From: a virus | Taxonomy: Duplodnaviria; Caudoviricetes | IMG/VR virus record: IMGVR_UViG_3300034356_000342 | Coordinates: 1-26,014 of that record | Strand: one strand, 5' to 3' | DNA length: 26,014 nucleotides | Part shown: positions 1-8,675 of the stretch, piece after piece | Layout of the letters: every line of letters starts with the position of its first letter | How positions within the stretch are numbered: the stretch's first letter is position 1 | The notes under the pieces: generated by a model | Seen by the model: the letters and a program-made list of their open reading frames with translations, nothing else | Told to the model about the DNA's origin: nothing | Database searches by the model: none | Position numbers and translations under genes: made by a program

Positions 1-581
1 TAGCGGAGAACTTAGAACATATTGAATGTACGGGATCAGGTGACCCATTCTTTTCTAGAACATTTAGAAAATGGATGATGAAGTTCGACCCAAGCATTTA
101 TCCAAACTTAAAAAGTATTCACTTACATACCAACGGAACTCTTTGGAACGAATCTAATTGGTCACGTATGGGTAGAATTTCTAAGTTCATAAAATCTGCG
201 GAAATATCTGTGGATGCAGCAACTAGAGAAACATATTCAATAACAAGACTAGGAGGTAATTGGGATGATATACAAACAAACTTAAGATTTATTGCAACCA
301 TACCAACGATTGAATACCTAACTTTATCATTTGTGGTCCAAGATACGAATTATAAAGAAATGGAAATGTTTTATAAAATGACAGAAGAGATATTTGATGA
401 CACACATATAAATTGGATGGTGTTCTATAATAGAGTTGTCAATTGGGGGACATTTAGTGAATCGGTTTTTAAAATTAAAGACGTTGGTAATCCTGAACAT
501 CCTGAATATAAAAATATGGTTGAATTATATAAAAAATTACCATTGGCTAATAACATCCGACATAATTTAACTATTATATAA
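1..581 (+). CDS. Radical SAM protein, 5'-truncated (C-terminal part)
   Basis: Frame is open from position 3 (AENLEHIECTGSGDPFFSRTFRKWMMKF...), so the gene starts upstream of the window rather than at 75. GSGDPF (GGEP-equivalent), LHTNGT, ISVDAAT..TY...R.GG.W and SFVVQ..NY.EM match the radical SAM barrel. The CxxxCxxC motif lies outside the window. Confidence 0.8.
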   Translation, partial: AENLEHIECTGSGDPFFSRTFRKWMMKFDPSIYPNLKSIHLHTNGTLWNESNWSRMGRISKFIKSAEISVDAATRETYSITRLGGNWDDIQTNLRFIATIPTIEYLTLSFVVQDTNYKEMEMFYKMTEEIFDDTHINWMVFYNRVVNWGTFSESVFKIKDVGNPEHPEYKNMVELYKKLPLANNIRHNLTII

Positions 582-1852
582 TGATTTGTAAAAATGTAAC
601 TAATGGATTAAGAATTGCGACATCGGGAGCATACTTTGCTTGTTGTCACACATTCAATCATCCATTTAAAGATAAAGATGGTAACATAATGTTAGCGAGT
701 ACACATACTGTGGATGATGCCATGAATAGTGCCACTCGACAAGAGATGTTGGAATACTTTAAAGAAGATAAAAGACATCCGGCGTGTAAAGTATGTTGGG
801 ATGCTGAAGATGCGGGATTTGTTAGTAAGAGAGAACGTGATAATGATACGTTTAATATGTTCCCGCAAAGAAATAACGATGATTTATTTTTCTTAGAATT
901 AAATTTAGGTAACACTTGTAATTTAGCTTGTAGAATATGTCACGTATCCGCATCGTCAAGATGGAGAAACTTTCATCATGTTACTGAACCAAACGTAACA
1001 GAAGAAAAATTAGACGAGTATGTTGCTAAATTTTCCAAATCATTTACTGACGATAGTATTGTTTGGGATGAATTGGGTAAAATACTACCTAAAGTTAGGA
1101 CGGTTGACATTTATGGAGGTGAACCAATGTTGATGAAAAAACAATGGGAGATTTTGGAAATGTGTGTTGAAAAGGGTTATTCAAAAAACCAACAAATGAG
1201 TTTCAACACAAACGGAACAATCATAAACGACAAGTATGTTAACATATTAAGTTCTTTTGAACAATGTCGTATTGGTTTTAGTTTAGATGGAGTGGGTAAA
1301 CGTTTTAACTATCTAAGATATTATGCAGATTGGGATGCAGTTAAAAATAATGTAACAAGTTGGAAAGAAAAGACTAAACACCTAAAAGACAATCAAATAT
1401 TTTTTGAGGTATGTGCAACTATTTCAATTTTAAATGTTTTATATGTTTTTGAAATCATTGACTATGTTATTGAAAATGAGATTACATTATATGTTGCGTT
1501 TGTACATAATCCGAAACACCTACACATTGGTTACATACCCGACCATATTAAATTAGTTATTATTGAAAGATTATCTACCGAATTAGAAAAAAGAACGTTA
1601 GATTTGAATAATGACCAAACACTTGACGAATCTCAAAAGAATTATAGAAGAAGAATCATATATCAAGCAGAAAAGGTAATCAATATGTTAAAGTTACCAA
1701 GACTTGATGACGACCTCGAACCATGGGAGATTTTTATTAAACAGACTAACGACTTAGATGTTTTAAGAAATGAATCTTTTGCTGAGACTTTCCCCGAATT
1801 AGAAGAATTATATAAAATTAAAAAACAAAAAACAACTAAAAAACTATTATAA
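581..1852 (+). CDS. Radical SAM protein with N-terminal twitch/SPASM-like Cys cluster
   Basis: CNLACRIC, YGGEPML, FNTNGT, SLDGVG..FNYLR; N-terminal C...ACC...CKVCW; TAATG overlap with the previous gene. Confidence 0.93.
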   Translation: MICKNVTNGLRIATSGAYFACCHTFNHPFKDKDGNIMLASTHTVDDAMNSATRQEMLEYFKEDKRHPACKVCWDAEDAGFVSKRERDNDTFNMFPQRNNDDLFFLELNLGNTCNLACRICHVSASSRWRNFHHVTEPNVTEEKLDEYVAKFSKSFTDDSIVWDELGKILPKVRTVDIYGGEPMLMKKQWEILEMCVEKGYSKNQQMSFNTNGTIINDKYVNILSSFEQCRIGFSLDGVGKRFNYLRYYADWDAVKNNVTSWKEKTKHLKDNQIFFEVCATISILNVLYVFEIIDYVIENEITLYVAFVHNPKHLHIGYIPDHIKLVIIERLSTELEKRTLDLNNDQTLDESQKNYRRRIIYQAEKVINMLKLPRLDDDLEPWEIFIKQTNDLDVLRNESFAETFPELEELYKIKKQKTTKKLL

Positions 1853-1853
1853 C

Positions 1854-3326
1854 ATGTCAGAAAGATTATTAAAATTTAAAGAAGAACAATTAAACTCCGT
1901 AAGTTGTAGTTTTTGTCCTGCAAAATGGTACAATGCAACAATTGATTTAGGTAGTGGGTATTCTCGTTCATGCTTCTTACCATTACCCCATCCAATAGAT
2001 GTGGAAGAAATAAAAACAAATCCATCGGCATTACATAACACTAAACATAAGAAAAAGATTAGAAAACAAATGCTTGAGGGTACAAGACCTGCTGAGTGTT
2101 CTTATTGTTGGAAGGTTGAAGACATTGGTAGAAATAATATATCTGATAGAGTTTATAGAAGTTTAGAATATAAACTAGAAGACATTGCGGTATTGAAAGA
2201 TACTCCTTGGGATGCAAATGTGAATTTAAGAACGGTAGAATTATCTTTTGATAGAAGTTGTAATTTCGCGTGTTCATATTGTAACCCAAGTTATTCTACA
2301 ACATGGGGTAGAGATATCGATAAACACGGACCATACCAAAAATTCAAAACATTAACCGCAGGTGCATATCAACAAAATGGTTCATGGGCGGACCCTGAAA
2401 ATAAATTTATTGGAGAGAACCCATACGTTGAGGCATTTTTAAAATGGTGGCCCGATTTATCAAAGGATTTACAAACATTGAGAATTACTGGTGGAGAGCC
2501 ATCAACTAGTCATAACTTTTGGAAATTTTTAGACCAAATTAAAAATCAATCGTATCCGAATCTTAATTTATCTATTAATTCTAATTTAGGTGTCAAAGAT
2601 GAATTGATCGACAAGTTAATTCAAACAACACACGAATTGGACATTCAATCATATGACATCTATACAAGTAACGAATCATATGGTGCACACGCCGAATATT
2701 TGAGAGATGGTTTAATATATGATAAATGGAGAGCAAATGTTGTAAGAATGATTGAGGAGGCGAATATCAGACAAATCGTTATTATGATGACAGTTACAGG
2801 ATTATCATTAATGTCATTAACCGATTTCATGGACGATATGTTAGAGTTAAAGAAAAAGTACGGACCAAACAAACCAACAATGGATCTTAACTTTTTAAGA
2901 TGGCCAGGATTTATGTCACCATTGAATCTACCTGATAACATTAAAATGGAGGCAAAAGATAAAATCCAAGTTTGGTTAGATAAAAATAGAGACTCAGGTT
3001 TATTATTGGAACACGAAATCACCCAAACACAGAGAGTAATTGACTATATTGATGTTGTTGACCAAGGACATGCGAGAGCTGAGTTTGATAAGGACAAACA
3101 CTTCCACGACTTTAAAAGTTTTTATGAACAATATGATATTAGAAGAAACAAAAACTTTAGAGAGACGTTTCCAATGTTAGTTGAATGGTACGATAGTATT
3201 GTTGTTGATAATTACATTCCCGATGTTAAATTATCGCCAGGTGGTATGGAAGGATGGGAAACTGGAGAATATAAACCAGACATTATGAAACGAAACTTAG
3301 TAAGACAAAACAATTTAAATGGATAA
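1854..3326 (+). CDS. Radical SAM protein with N-terminal twitch-like domain
   Basis: CNFACSYC, ITGGEPS, INSNLG, AEYLRDG; N-terminal FCPAKW...SC...CSYCW. Confidence 0.93.
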   Translation: MSERLLKFKEEQLNSVSCSFCPAKWYNATIDLGSGYSRSCFLPLPHPIDVEEIKTNPSALHNTKHKKKIRKQMLEGTRPAECSYCWKVEDIGRNNISDRVYRSLEYKLEDIAVLKDTPWDANVNLRTVELSFDRSCNFACSYCNPSYSTTWGRDIDKHGPYQKFKTLTAGAYQQNGSWADPENKFIGENPYVEAFLKWWPDLSKDLQTLRITGGEPSTSHNFWKFLDQIKNQSYPNLNLSINSNLGVKDELIDKLIQTTHELDIQSYDIYTSNESYGAHAEYLRDGLIYDKWRANVVRMIEEANIRQIVIMMTVTGLSLMSLTDFMDDMLELKKKYGPNKPTMDLNFLRWPGFMSPLNLPDNIKMEAKDKIQVWLDKNRDSGLLLEHEITQTQRVIDYIDVVDQGHARAEFDKDKHFHDFKSFYEQYDIRRNKNFRETFPMLVEWYDSIVVDNYIPDVKLSPGGMEGWETGEYKPDIMKRNLVRQNNLNG

Positions 3327-4569
3327 AAATTATAACAAAGAGACTTTTTGTGTGGCACCTTGGGTGTCCACACATTTAAGTACTTTCGGTAAAATCATTC
3401 CTTGTTGTTTATACAAACAAGAACGAGTATTTGGGGAATTAAAAAGCGAAGTATCGATTGAAGAATCGTATAATTCAGAGACCGCAAAAGAAGTTAGAAG
3501 ACAATTGTGGAATGGTGAAAAAATAAACGAATGTCAAATATGTTGGTACCGAGAAGAAGTATCAAAAGATAAAAGTGTTGTCGATAGTTACCGATACAAT
3601 TTATGGAATCGTTTTGGTAAAGACATCGATGCAATTATTGATAATACAAATGACGACTTTTCATTAAAGGAAGTTAAGTTTAAAATGATGGATTTACGTT
3701 TTGATAATAAATGTAATCTAAAATGTCGTATTTGTAATCCAGGATTTTCATCTTCACTATACAAAGAATATAAAGACTTGGGATTTGGGAATTTTGTGGA
3801 TTACGGACAACCATATAGTCAATCTGTTAGTGATAATGATTATGAATTTATTAAGAGTCAATTAGGTAATGTTGAAGTCTTATTTTTTGCTGGAGGGGAA
3901 CCACTTACCCAAGACAAACACTATGAAATTCTACAACATTGTATTGATAAGGGATATGCAAAAAACATTACAGTATGGGTAACAACCAACTTCACTAAAC
4001 TATTTTACAAATCATATAATATTATTGAGATGTGGAAGCAGTTTAAGGCTGTTGAAATTACCGCAAGTATCGATGGATTTGAAGAAAGGGGAGAATATTT
4101 GAGAAAAGGTTCTAAGTGGGAACAAATTGTTGAGAACAGAAAAACACTACTAAAAGAAATGCCAAATATCTTCTTTGCAATTGTACCAACAATTAATTTA
4201 ATGAATAGTTACACAATAATTGATTTATATAAGAATTGGATAGAATCTGGTTATATTAGTCCAGGTAAAATGCATGTGAATTTACTCACACATCCAGAAC
4301 ATATGCAAATTAGAAATCTACCCGAAAACCATAAAGAAACGTTAAGAATTAAGTATGGTGAAATCATCCAATGGATAAAAAGTAAATCTTTTAAAAATAA
4401 CGAAGGACAAAAAGATATTGAACAATTTGAATTTGTACTTGGGTTACTAAATCAAGAACGTTCTGAAGAGGAGTATCAAAAATTTATAGAATTAACCTAC
4501 AAAGTTGATAACTATCGAGGAGATGATTTTTTCAACATATTCACAGAATTTAAAGATTTCATCAACTAA
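3319..4569 (+). CDS. Radical SAM protein with N-terminal twitch-like domain
   Basis: CNLKCRIC, FAGGEPL, TTNFT, SIDG....GEYLR; N-terminal FCVAPW...PCC...CQICW. Confidence 0.94.
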   Translation: MDKNYNKETFCVAPWVSTHLSTFGKIIPCCLYKQERVFGELKSEVSIEESYNSETAKEVRRQLWNGEKINECQICWYREEVSKDKSVVDSYRYNLWNRFGKDIDAIIDNTNDDFSLKEVKFKMMDLRFDNKCNLKCRICNPGFSSSLYKEYKDLGFGNFVDYGQPYSQSVSDNDYEFIKSQLGNVEVLFFAGGEPLTQDKHYEILQHCIDKGYAKNITVWVTTNFTKLFYKSYNIIEMWKQFKAVEITASIDGFEERGEYLRKGSKWEQIVENRKTLLKEMPNIFFAIVPTINLMNSYTIIDLYKNWIESGYISPGKMHVNLLTHPEHMQIRNLPENHKETLRIKYGEIIQWIKSKSFKNNEGQKDIEQFEFVLGLLNQERSEEEYQKFIELTYKVDNYRGDDFFNIFTEFKDFIN

Positions 4570-5804
4570 TGAATAAATTATTACCCAACACTTTTTGCTA
4601 TTTACCATTCGGTTCTATTTTCGTATTTCCAAATGGAAAGTTACACCCATGTTGTATTGCGTCCCCATTCAAAGAAGACATTAACTACCAAGACTTTAAT
4701 TCAATTGATGAGGTAATCAATAGTGAACCATATAAAAGAATTAGAAAAGAGATGTTGGATGGAATTGCACCATCAGAATGTGCGGAATGTTTTATCTACA
4801 AAAATCAACATAAGGAAAATTCGAATAGAGAGTTTTATAATGAAATTGGTGACCCCGGTCTTTATAACTCAGATTATAGTGTAAACAAAATAGTGTACAC
4901 CGATCTAAGATTGTCAAACCATTGTAATTTTAGATGTAGAATGTGTTATCACGGGTCATCATCAAGTTGGTACGATTACTGGGGTTATGTGATGGGTAAA
5001 CCAGATTATAATGATACAACAACAAGAATAATCACGGCAGGTGAAGATGGTATCGGTAAATTTTCAGAAAAAAACATAGACTCAATACGTAAAATTTATT
5101 TGGCTGGTGGAGAACCATTCATCACACCAACAACCTTTGAATTGTTAGATAGGTTCACAAACGAACAGGCTAGTAATGTATCAGTATTGGTTAATACTAA
5201 CCTATCAAATTTAACATATAAGGGAATAGACATCTTAGAAAAATTAAGTAAATTTAAATCTATTAACCTTTCTTGTTCTTGCGATGGATATGGTAAAATA
5301 GGTGAATATCAGAGACCCGGTTTTAATACAAACAAATTCTTTAATAACTTAGAGACCCTATTAAAATTTAAAGAAACTCATCCGAACTTTATTGTTGAAA
5401 TAGACTACACCATTTCAACAATCAATATGTACCATACATTTGACTTTATTGATTTTGTTGGTAAAAATTATTTAGACTCAAATAAGATTAAAACCCACAC
5501 TGTTACACAACCATTTTACTTTGCACCTGGTGCGTGTTCACCCGAAGTAAAGAAAGAATTGGTTAAATTTTATGAGGATAAAATGCGTAGTCTGAATTAC
5601 GAATCAAATCGTTCACTTTTAAACACATTGGTGGAGTTTGTGAAATATTTAAAAGTAACAAATGAGGAGGATGTACAGAATCATTTAATGTCAAATAAAC
5701 AACATATGAGTATTTCATTGGAGGAAACGTTGAGGAGATTTGATGAAATAAATAACACGAGCTATAAGGATGTTTGTCCGTGGTTAGAGGAAATTTTTAA
5801 ATAA
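4569..5804 (+). CDS. Radical SAM protein with N-terminal twitch-like domain
   Basis: CNFRCRMC, LAGGEPF, NTNLS, SCDG....GEYQR; N-terminal FCYLPF...PCC...CAEC; TAATG overlap. Confidence 0.94.
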   Translation: MNKLLPNTFCYLPFGSIFVFPNGKLHPCCIASPFKEDINYQDFNSIDEVINSEPYKRIRKEMLDGIAPSECAECFIYKNQHKENSNREFYNEIGDPGLYNSDYSVNKIVYTDLRLSNHCNFRCRMCYHGSSSSWYDYWGYVMGKPDYNDTTTRIITAGEDGIGKFSEKNIDSIRKIYLAGGEPFITPTTFELLDRFTNEQASNVSVLVNTNLSNLTYKGIDILEKLSKFKSINLSCSCDGYGKIGEYQRPGFNTNKFFNNLETLLKFKETHPNFIVEIDYTISTINMYHTFDFIDFVGKNYLDSNKIKTHTVTQPFYFAPGACSPEVKKELVKFYEDKMRSLNYESNRSLLNTLVEFVKYLKVTNEEDVQNHLMSNKQHMSISLEETLRRFDEINNTSYKDVCPWLEEIFK

Positions 5805-5825
5805 TTTTTAACATAATTATAAGTA

Positions 5826-7493
5826 ATGGGATATATAATTGGGATATCGGCTTATTACCACGATTCGTCGGCTTGTTTGTTCAGAAACGGACAACTTATC
5901 TTTGCTTGTGAAGAAGAAAAATTCACAGGTATAAAACATGACCACTCATTCCCAACAAAGACTTTAGAATACATATTTAAAAAATTTAAAATATCTAAAA
6001 AAGATATAGAGACAATTTGTTATTATGAAGATCCAAAATTAAAAATTAAAAGGGTCATCGATAACATCAAACCACAACTTTTTAAAAACCCATTATATTC
6101 CATAATGTCATATTTTAATACTCGTAAGAATATTATAAATTTGAATAAAAAATTAAAGGAATACTCAGATAATGTGTTTTTTTCAGAACATCATTTATCA
6201 CATCAGTACTATTCATTTTTCACATCTAATTTTGAAAGTTCAATTGTCTTATCAATTGATGGTGTTGGTGAATATGATACATTATCTTTAGGTTTAGGTG
6301 ATAATGTTGGGATAGACTACATTTCGATGGCAAAGTATCCACACTCAATTGGGTTATTCTATTCAGCCATGACCTCATTTTTAGGATTTAGACCAAATGA
6401 AGGTGAGTATAAGGTAATGGGTTTGGCACCATATGGTAATCCTGACATATACATAGATAAGGTTAGAGAATTAATTAATTATAAGAACACTAAACTAACG
6501 TGTAATATGGATGTCTTCACGTGGAACACATCAAACACACATATGTTTAATGAGAAACTAATAGAGTTGTTAGGTATCGAACCAAGAGTACCGGGTAGTG
6601 GAATAGAACCCCACCATAAAGACCTTGCGGCGTCAGTACAGAAAAGATACGAGGAGTTATTTTTTGAAATTATAAAATCAATTGCAATTATAAACGATAA
6701 TCGAAACCTTTGTTTAGGTGGTGGGTGTGCATACAACGGAACTTTAAATGGTAAGATAGTCAAGAATTCACACTTCAATAACCTATGGATACCACCAGCA
6801 CCATCTGATGCGGGATCGTCGATAGGTGCTTGTTTACATTACCTTTCTAAGAATAAAAAATTGAAGGAGAGGGTAAATAAAAATCCATTTATTGGTCCTG
6901 AATTTTATTATGATGATATATTAGCATCTATTAAAGATAAAAAATATTTTAAATTTAAAAGTGAGGAAAGTTTAATAAGAAATGTTGCGAAATTATTAAA
7001 CGATGGTAAAATAGTTGGTTGGTATCATGGTAGAATGGAGTTCGGTGCTAGAGCGTTGGGAAACAGGAGCATATTAGCAAACCCAACTAGACCTGAGATG
7101 AAAGATAAAATAAATAAAGTTATCAAAAAAAGGGAAGGATTTAGACCATTCGGACCTATGGTGAGTAAAGATAGTCAACATTTATTTTTTAATGTAAGTG
7201 ATGACGTACCATATATGAATCAAGTTGTACAAGTTAAACCGGAACATAGAGAAAAATTACCAGCCATTACACATGTCGACGGAAGCGCCAGAATACAAAC
7301 CGTTTATCGGAATACAATTATCAACTTACTATTAAAGGAATTTGAAAAATTATCGGGATATCCCATACTATTAAACACTTCAATGAACATTAAAGATAAG
7401 ACAATGGTTTTAACACCTAAAGATGCTGTCGATATGTTTTTTGAAACTAAAATGGACTTCATGGTTATCGGGAATTACTTACTATACAAATAA
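5826..7493 (+). CDS. O-carbamoyltransferase (NodU/CmcH/TobZ family)
   Basis: GISAYYHDSSA, EEEKFTGIKH, EHHLSH, EYKVMGLAPYG, PAPSDAG, GRMEFGARALGNRSILA, KREGFRPFGP, THVDGSARIQTV, LLNTSMN. Confidence 0.96.
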   Translation: MGYIIGISAYYHDSSACLFRNGQLIFACEEEKFTGIKHDHSFPTKTLEYIFKKFKISKKDIETICYYEDPKLKIKRVIDNIKPQLFKNPLYSIMSYFNTRKNIINLNKKLKEYSDNVFFSEHHLSHQYYSFFTSNFESSIVLSIDGVGEYDTLSLGLGDNVGIDYISMAKYPHSIGLFYSAMTSFLGFRPNEGEYKVMGLAPYGNPDIYIDKVRELINYKNTKLTCNMDVFTWNTSNTHMFNEKLIELLGIEPRVPGSGIEPHHKDLAASVQKRYEELFFEIIKSIAIINDNRNLCLGGGCAYNGTLNGKIVKNSHFNNLWIPPAPSDAGSSIGACLHYLSKNKKLKERVNKNPFIGPEFYYDDILASIKDKKYFKFKSEESLIRNVAKLLNDGKIVGWYHGRMEFGARALGNRSILANPTRPEMKDKINKVIKKREGFRPFGPMVSKDSQHLFFNVSDDVPYMNQVVQVKPEHREKLPAITHVDGSARIQTVYRNTIINLLLKEFEKLSGYPILLNTSMNIKDKTMVLTPKDAVDMFFETKMDFMVIGNYLLYK

Positions 7494-7497
7494 AAAC

Positions 7498-7614
7498 ATG
7501 AAAATATTAATTCAATGGTTTATAAACAAATATAATGATTATAAACGTAAAAAACGTATAAAGAAAAAAATGGAAGAACTTCGTAAAAGAGACCCGTTTA
7601 TTTATCGACATTAA
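7498..7614 (+). CDS. Small basic protein (38 aa) ending RDPFIYRH, carbamoyltransferase-associated
   Basis: ATG at 7498 lies 4 nt after the carbamoyltransferase stop, a better start than 7423. Sequence MKILIQWFINKYNDYKRKKRIKKKMEELRKRDPFIYRH. The PFIY ending recalls small proteins found next to carbamoyltransferases (SxtK/DUF5989-like). Confidence 0.65.
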   Translation: MKILIQWFINKYNDYKRKKRIKKKMEELRKRDPFIYRH

Positions 7615-7617
7615 TAT

Positions 7618-7646
7618 TTGTCTTTTTGGAATATTTTCATTATATT
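7618..7646 (+). promoter_or_regulatory. Sigma70-like promoter TTGTCT-N17-TATATT
   Basis: TTGTCT at 7618-7623, 17-nt spacer, TATATT at 7641-7646. Shares the context TTTTCAyTATATTAATA with the element at 23130. Confidence 0.6.
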
Positions 7647-7655
7647 AATAGTATT

Positions 7656-8090
7656 ATGATATATTGGTTAACAGGTCAACCCGGTGCCGGAAAAACAACA
7701 TTAGCAAAATATTTGACAGAATACTTTCCGAAAAACAATGTCATCCATATTGATGGAGACGACTTAAGGGATGTCTTTAAAAATAAAGATTATTCCATCA
7801 CAGGAAGAAGATTAAACATTCAAAGAGCTCAATACATTGCTCAATTTTTACATAGTAAAGGATATGTGGTGATAGTATCATTAGTTTCACCATATAGAGA
7901 CCAAAGAGAGGAATTCAAATTCAACACATCCGTTACTGAAATTTATGTTCACACAACCGAAGATAGGGGTAGGAATCACTTCCATGTTGAGGAATACGAA
8001 CCACCCTTGTTGAATTTTATAGATATAGATACAACAATAAAAAACGAAACAGATTCATATTATGAACTGTTAAAAAAATTATCATTATGA
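7656..8090 (+). CDS. cysC: Adenylylsulfate (APS) kinase
   Basis: Likely start is ATG 7656 (MIYWLTGQPGAGKTTLA, P-loop); IDGDDLR, VIVSLVSPY..QR, YEPP, IDT. Shorter than typical CysC. Confidence 0.85.
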   Translation: MIYWLTGQPGAGKTTLAKYLTEYFPKNNVIHIDGDDLRDVFKNKDYSITGRRLNIQRAQYIAQFLHSKGYVVIVSLVSPYRDQREEFKFNTSVTEIYVHTTEDRGRNHFHVEEYEPPLLNFIDIDTTIKNETDSYYELLKKLSL

Positions 8091-8449
8091 GTAAAAAGTA
8101 CGCGATGTACATCGGAAGATGGCAAAATTGGCACAAAGGACATGAATGGTTAATTAACCAACAATTGGAAAAGGGAAAGGATATTTGGGTGGCAATTAGA
8201 AACGTACCCACAGATGAGAATAACCCAAAAACCGCACAACAAGTGATGATGGAATTGGTTGACACTAAATTCTTTATTGATAATTCACATAAGATCCAAG
8301 TATCTATTATACCGGATATTGAATCAGTTAATTATGGTAGAGGGGTTGGATATGAGGTTATCTACCACGAACCCCCAACCGACATTGAGGTTATAAGTGG
8401 AACTAAAATCCGTAATGGAGAAATGAATTCAGATGGCAGTACAACGTAA
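8087..8449 (+). CDS. Minimal HxGH nucleotidyltransferase (cytidylyltransferase-like), candidate sulfate adenylyltransferase
   Basis: YIGRWQNWHKGH (HIGH motif) and ISGTKIR (KMSKS-equivalent); ATGA overlap with cysC. Confidence 0.8.
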   Translation: MSKKYAMYIGRWQNWHKGHEWLINQQLEKGKDIWVAIRNVPTDENNPKTAQQVMMELVDTKFFIDNSHKIQVSIIPDIESVNYGRGVGYEVIYHEPPTDIEVISGTKIRNGEMNSDGSTT

Positions 8450-8648
8450 ACGACATATTGCTAAGACAATATCCTACAGAATTGTTAGTACCTTGATTGG
8501 ATTTATAATAATGTGGTGGATAAGTGGTTCCGTTAAGATTGGGGCGGCGTTCGGTGTTGCTGAACTTGTATATAAACCAATACAATATTACATCCATGAA
8601 AGGATTTGGTATAGGTGGATAAAATTCGGTCTAAAAGATAAAAAATAG
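8433..8648 (+). CDS. DUF2061-like small membrane protein
   Basis: RHIAKTISYRIVST, hydrophobic hairpin, YYIHERIW. Confidence 0.8.
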   Translation: MAVQRKRHIAKTISYRIVSTLIGFIIMWWISGSVKIGAAFGVAELVYKPIQYYIHERIWYRWIKFGLKDKK

Positions 8649-8656
8649 GTATTTAT
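8649..8656 (+). promoter_or_regulatory. GTATTTAT motif, candidate phage late promoter
   Basis: The same 8-mer occurs in short intergenic gaps at 8649, 14565 and 20886. Confidence 0.4.
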
Positions 8657-8675
8657 ATATAAACAATAAAATAGC

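Noticed and set aside
581-5804. Specific names such as MoaA, PqqE or anaerobic sulfatase maturase for the radical SAM genes
   Set aside because: The auxiliary Cys cluster is N-terminal, and no cognate pathway genes or sulfatase are present.
5826-8648. Saxitoxin or Nod-factor biosynthetic cluster
   Set aside because: Carbamoyltransferase, APS kinase and sulfotransferases are shared enzyme types, but no core genes (SxtA/SxtG, NodABC) are present and the context is phage-like.
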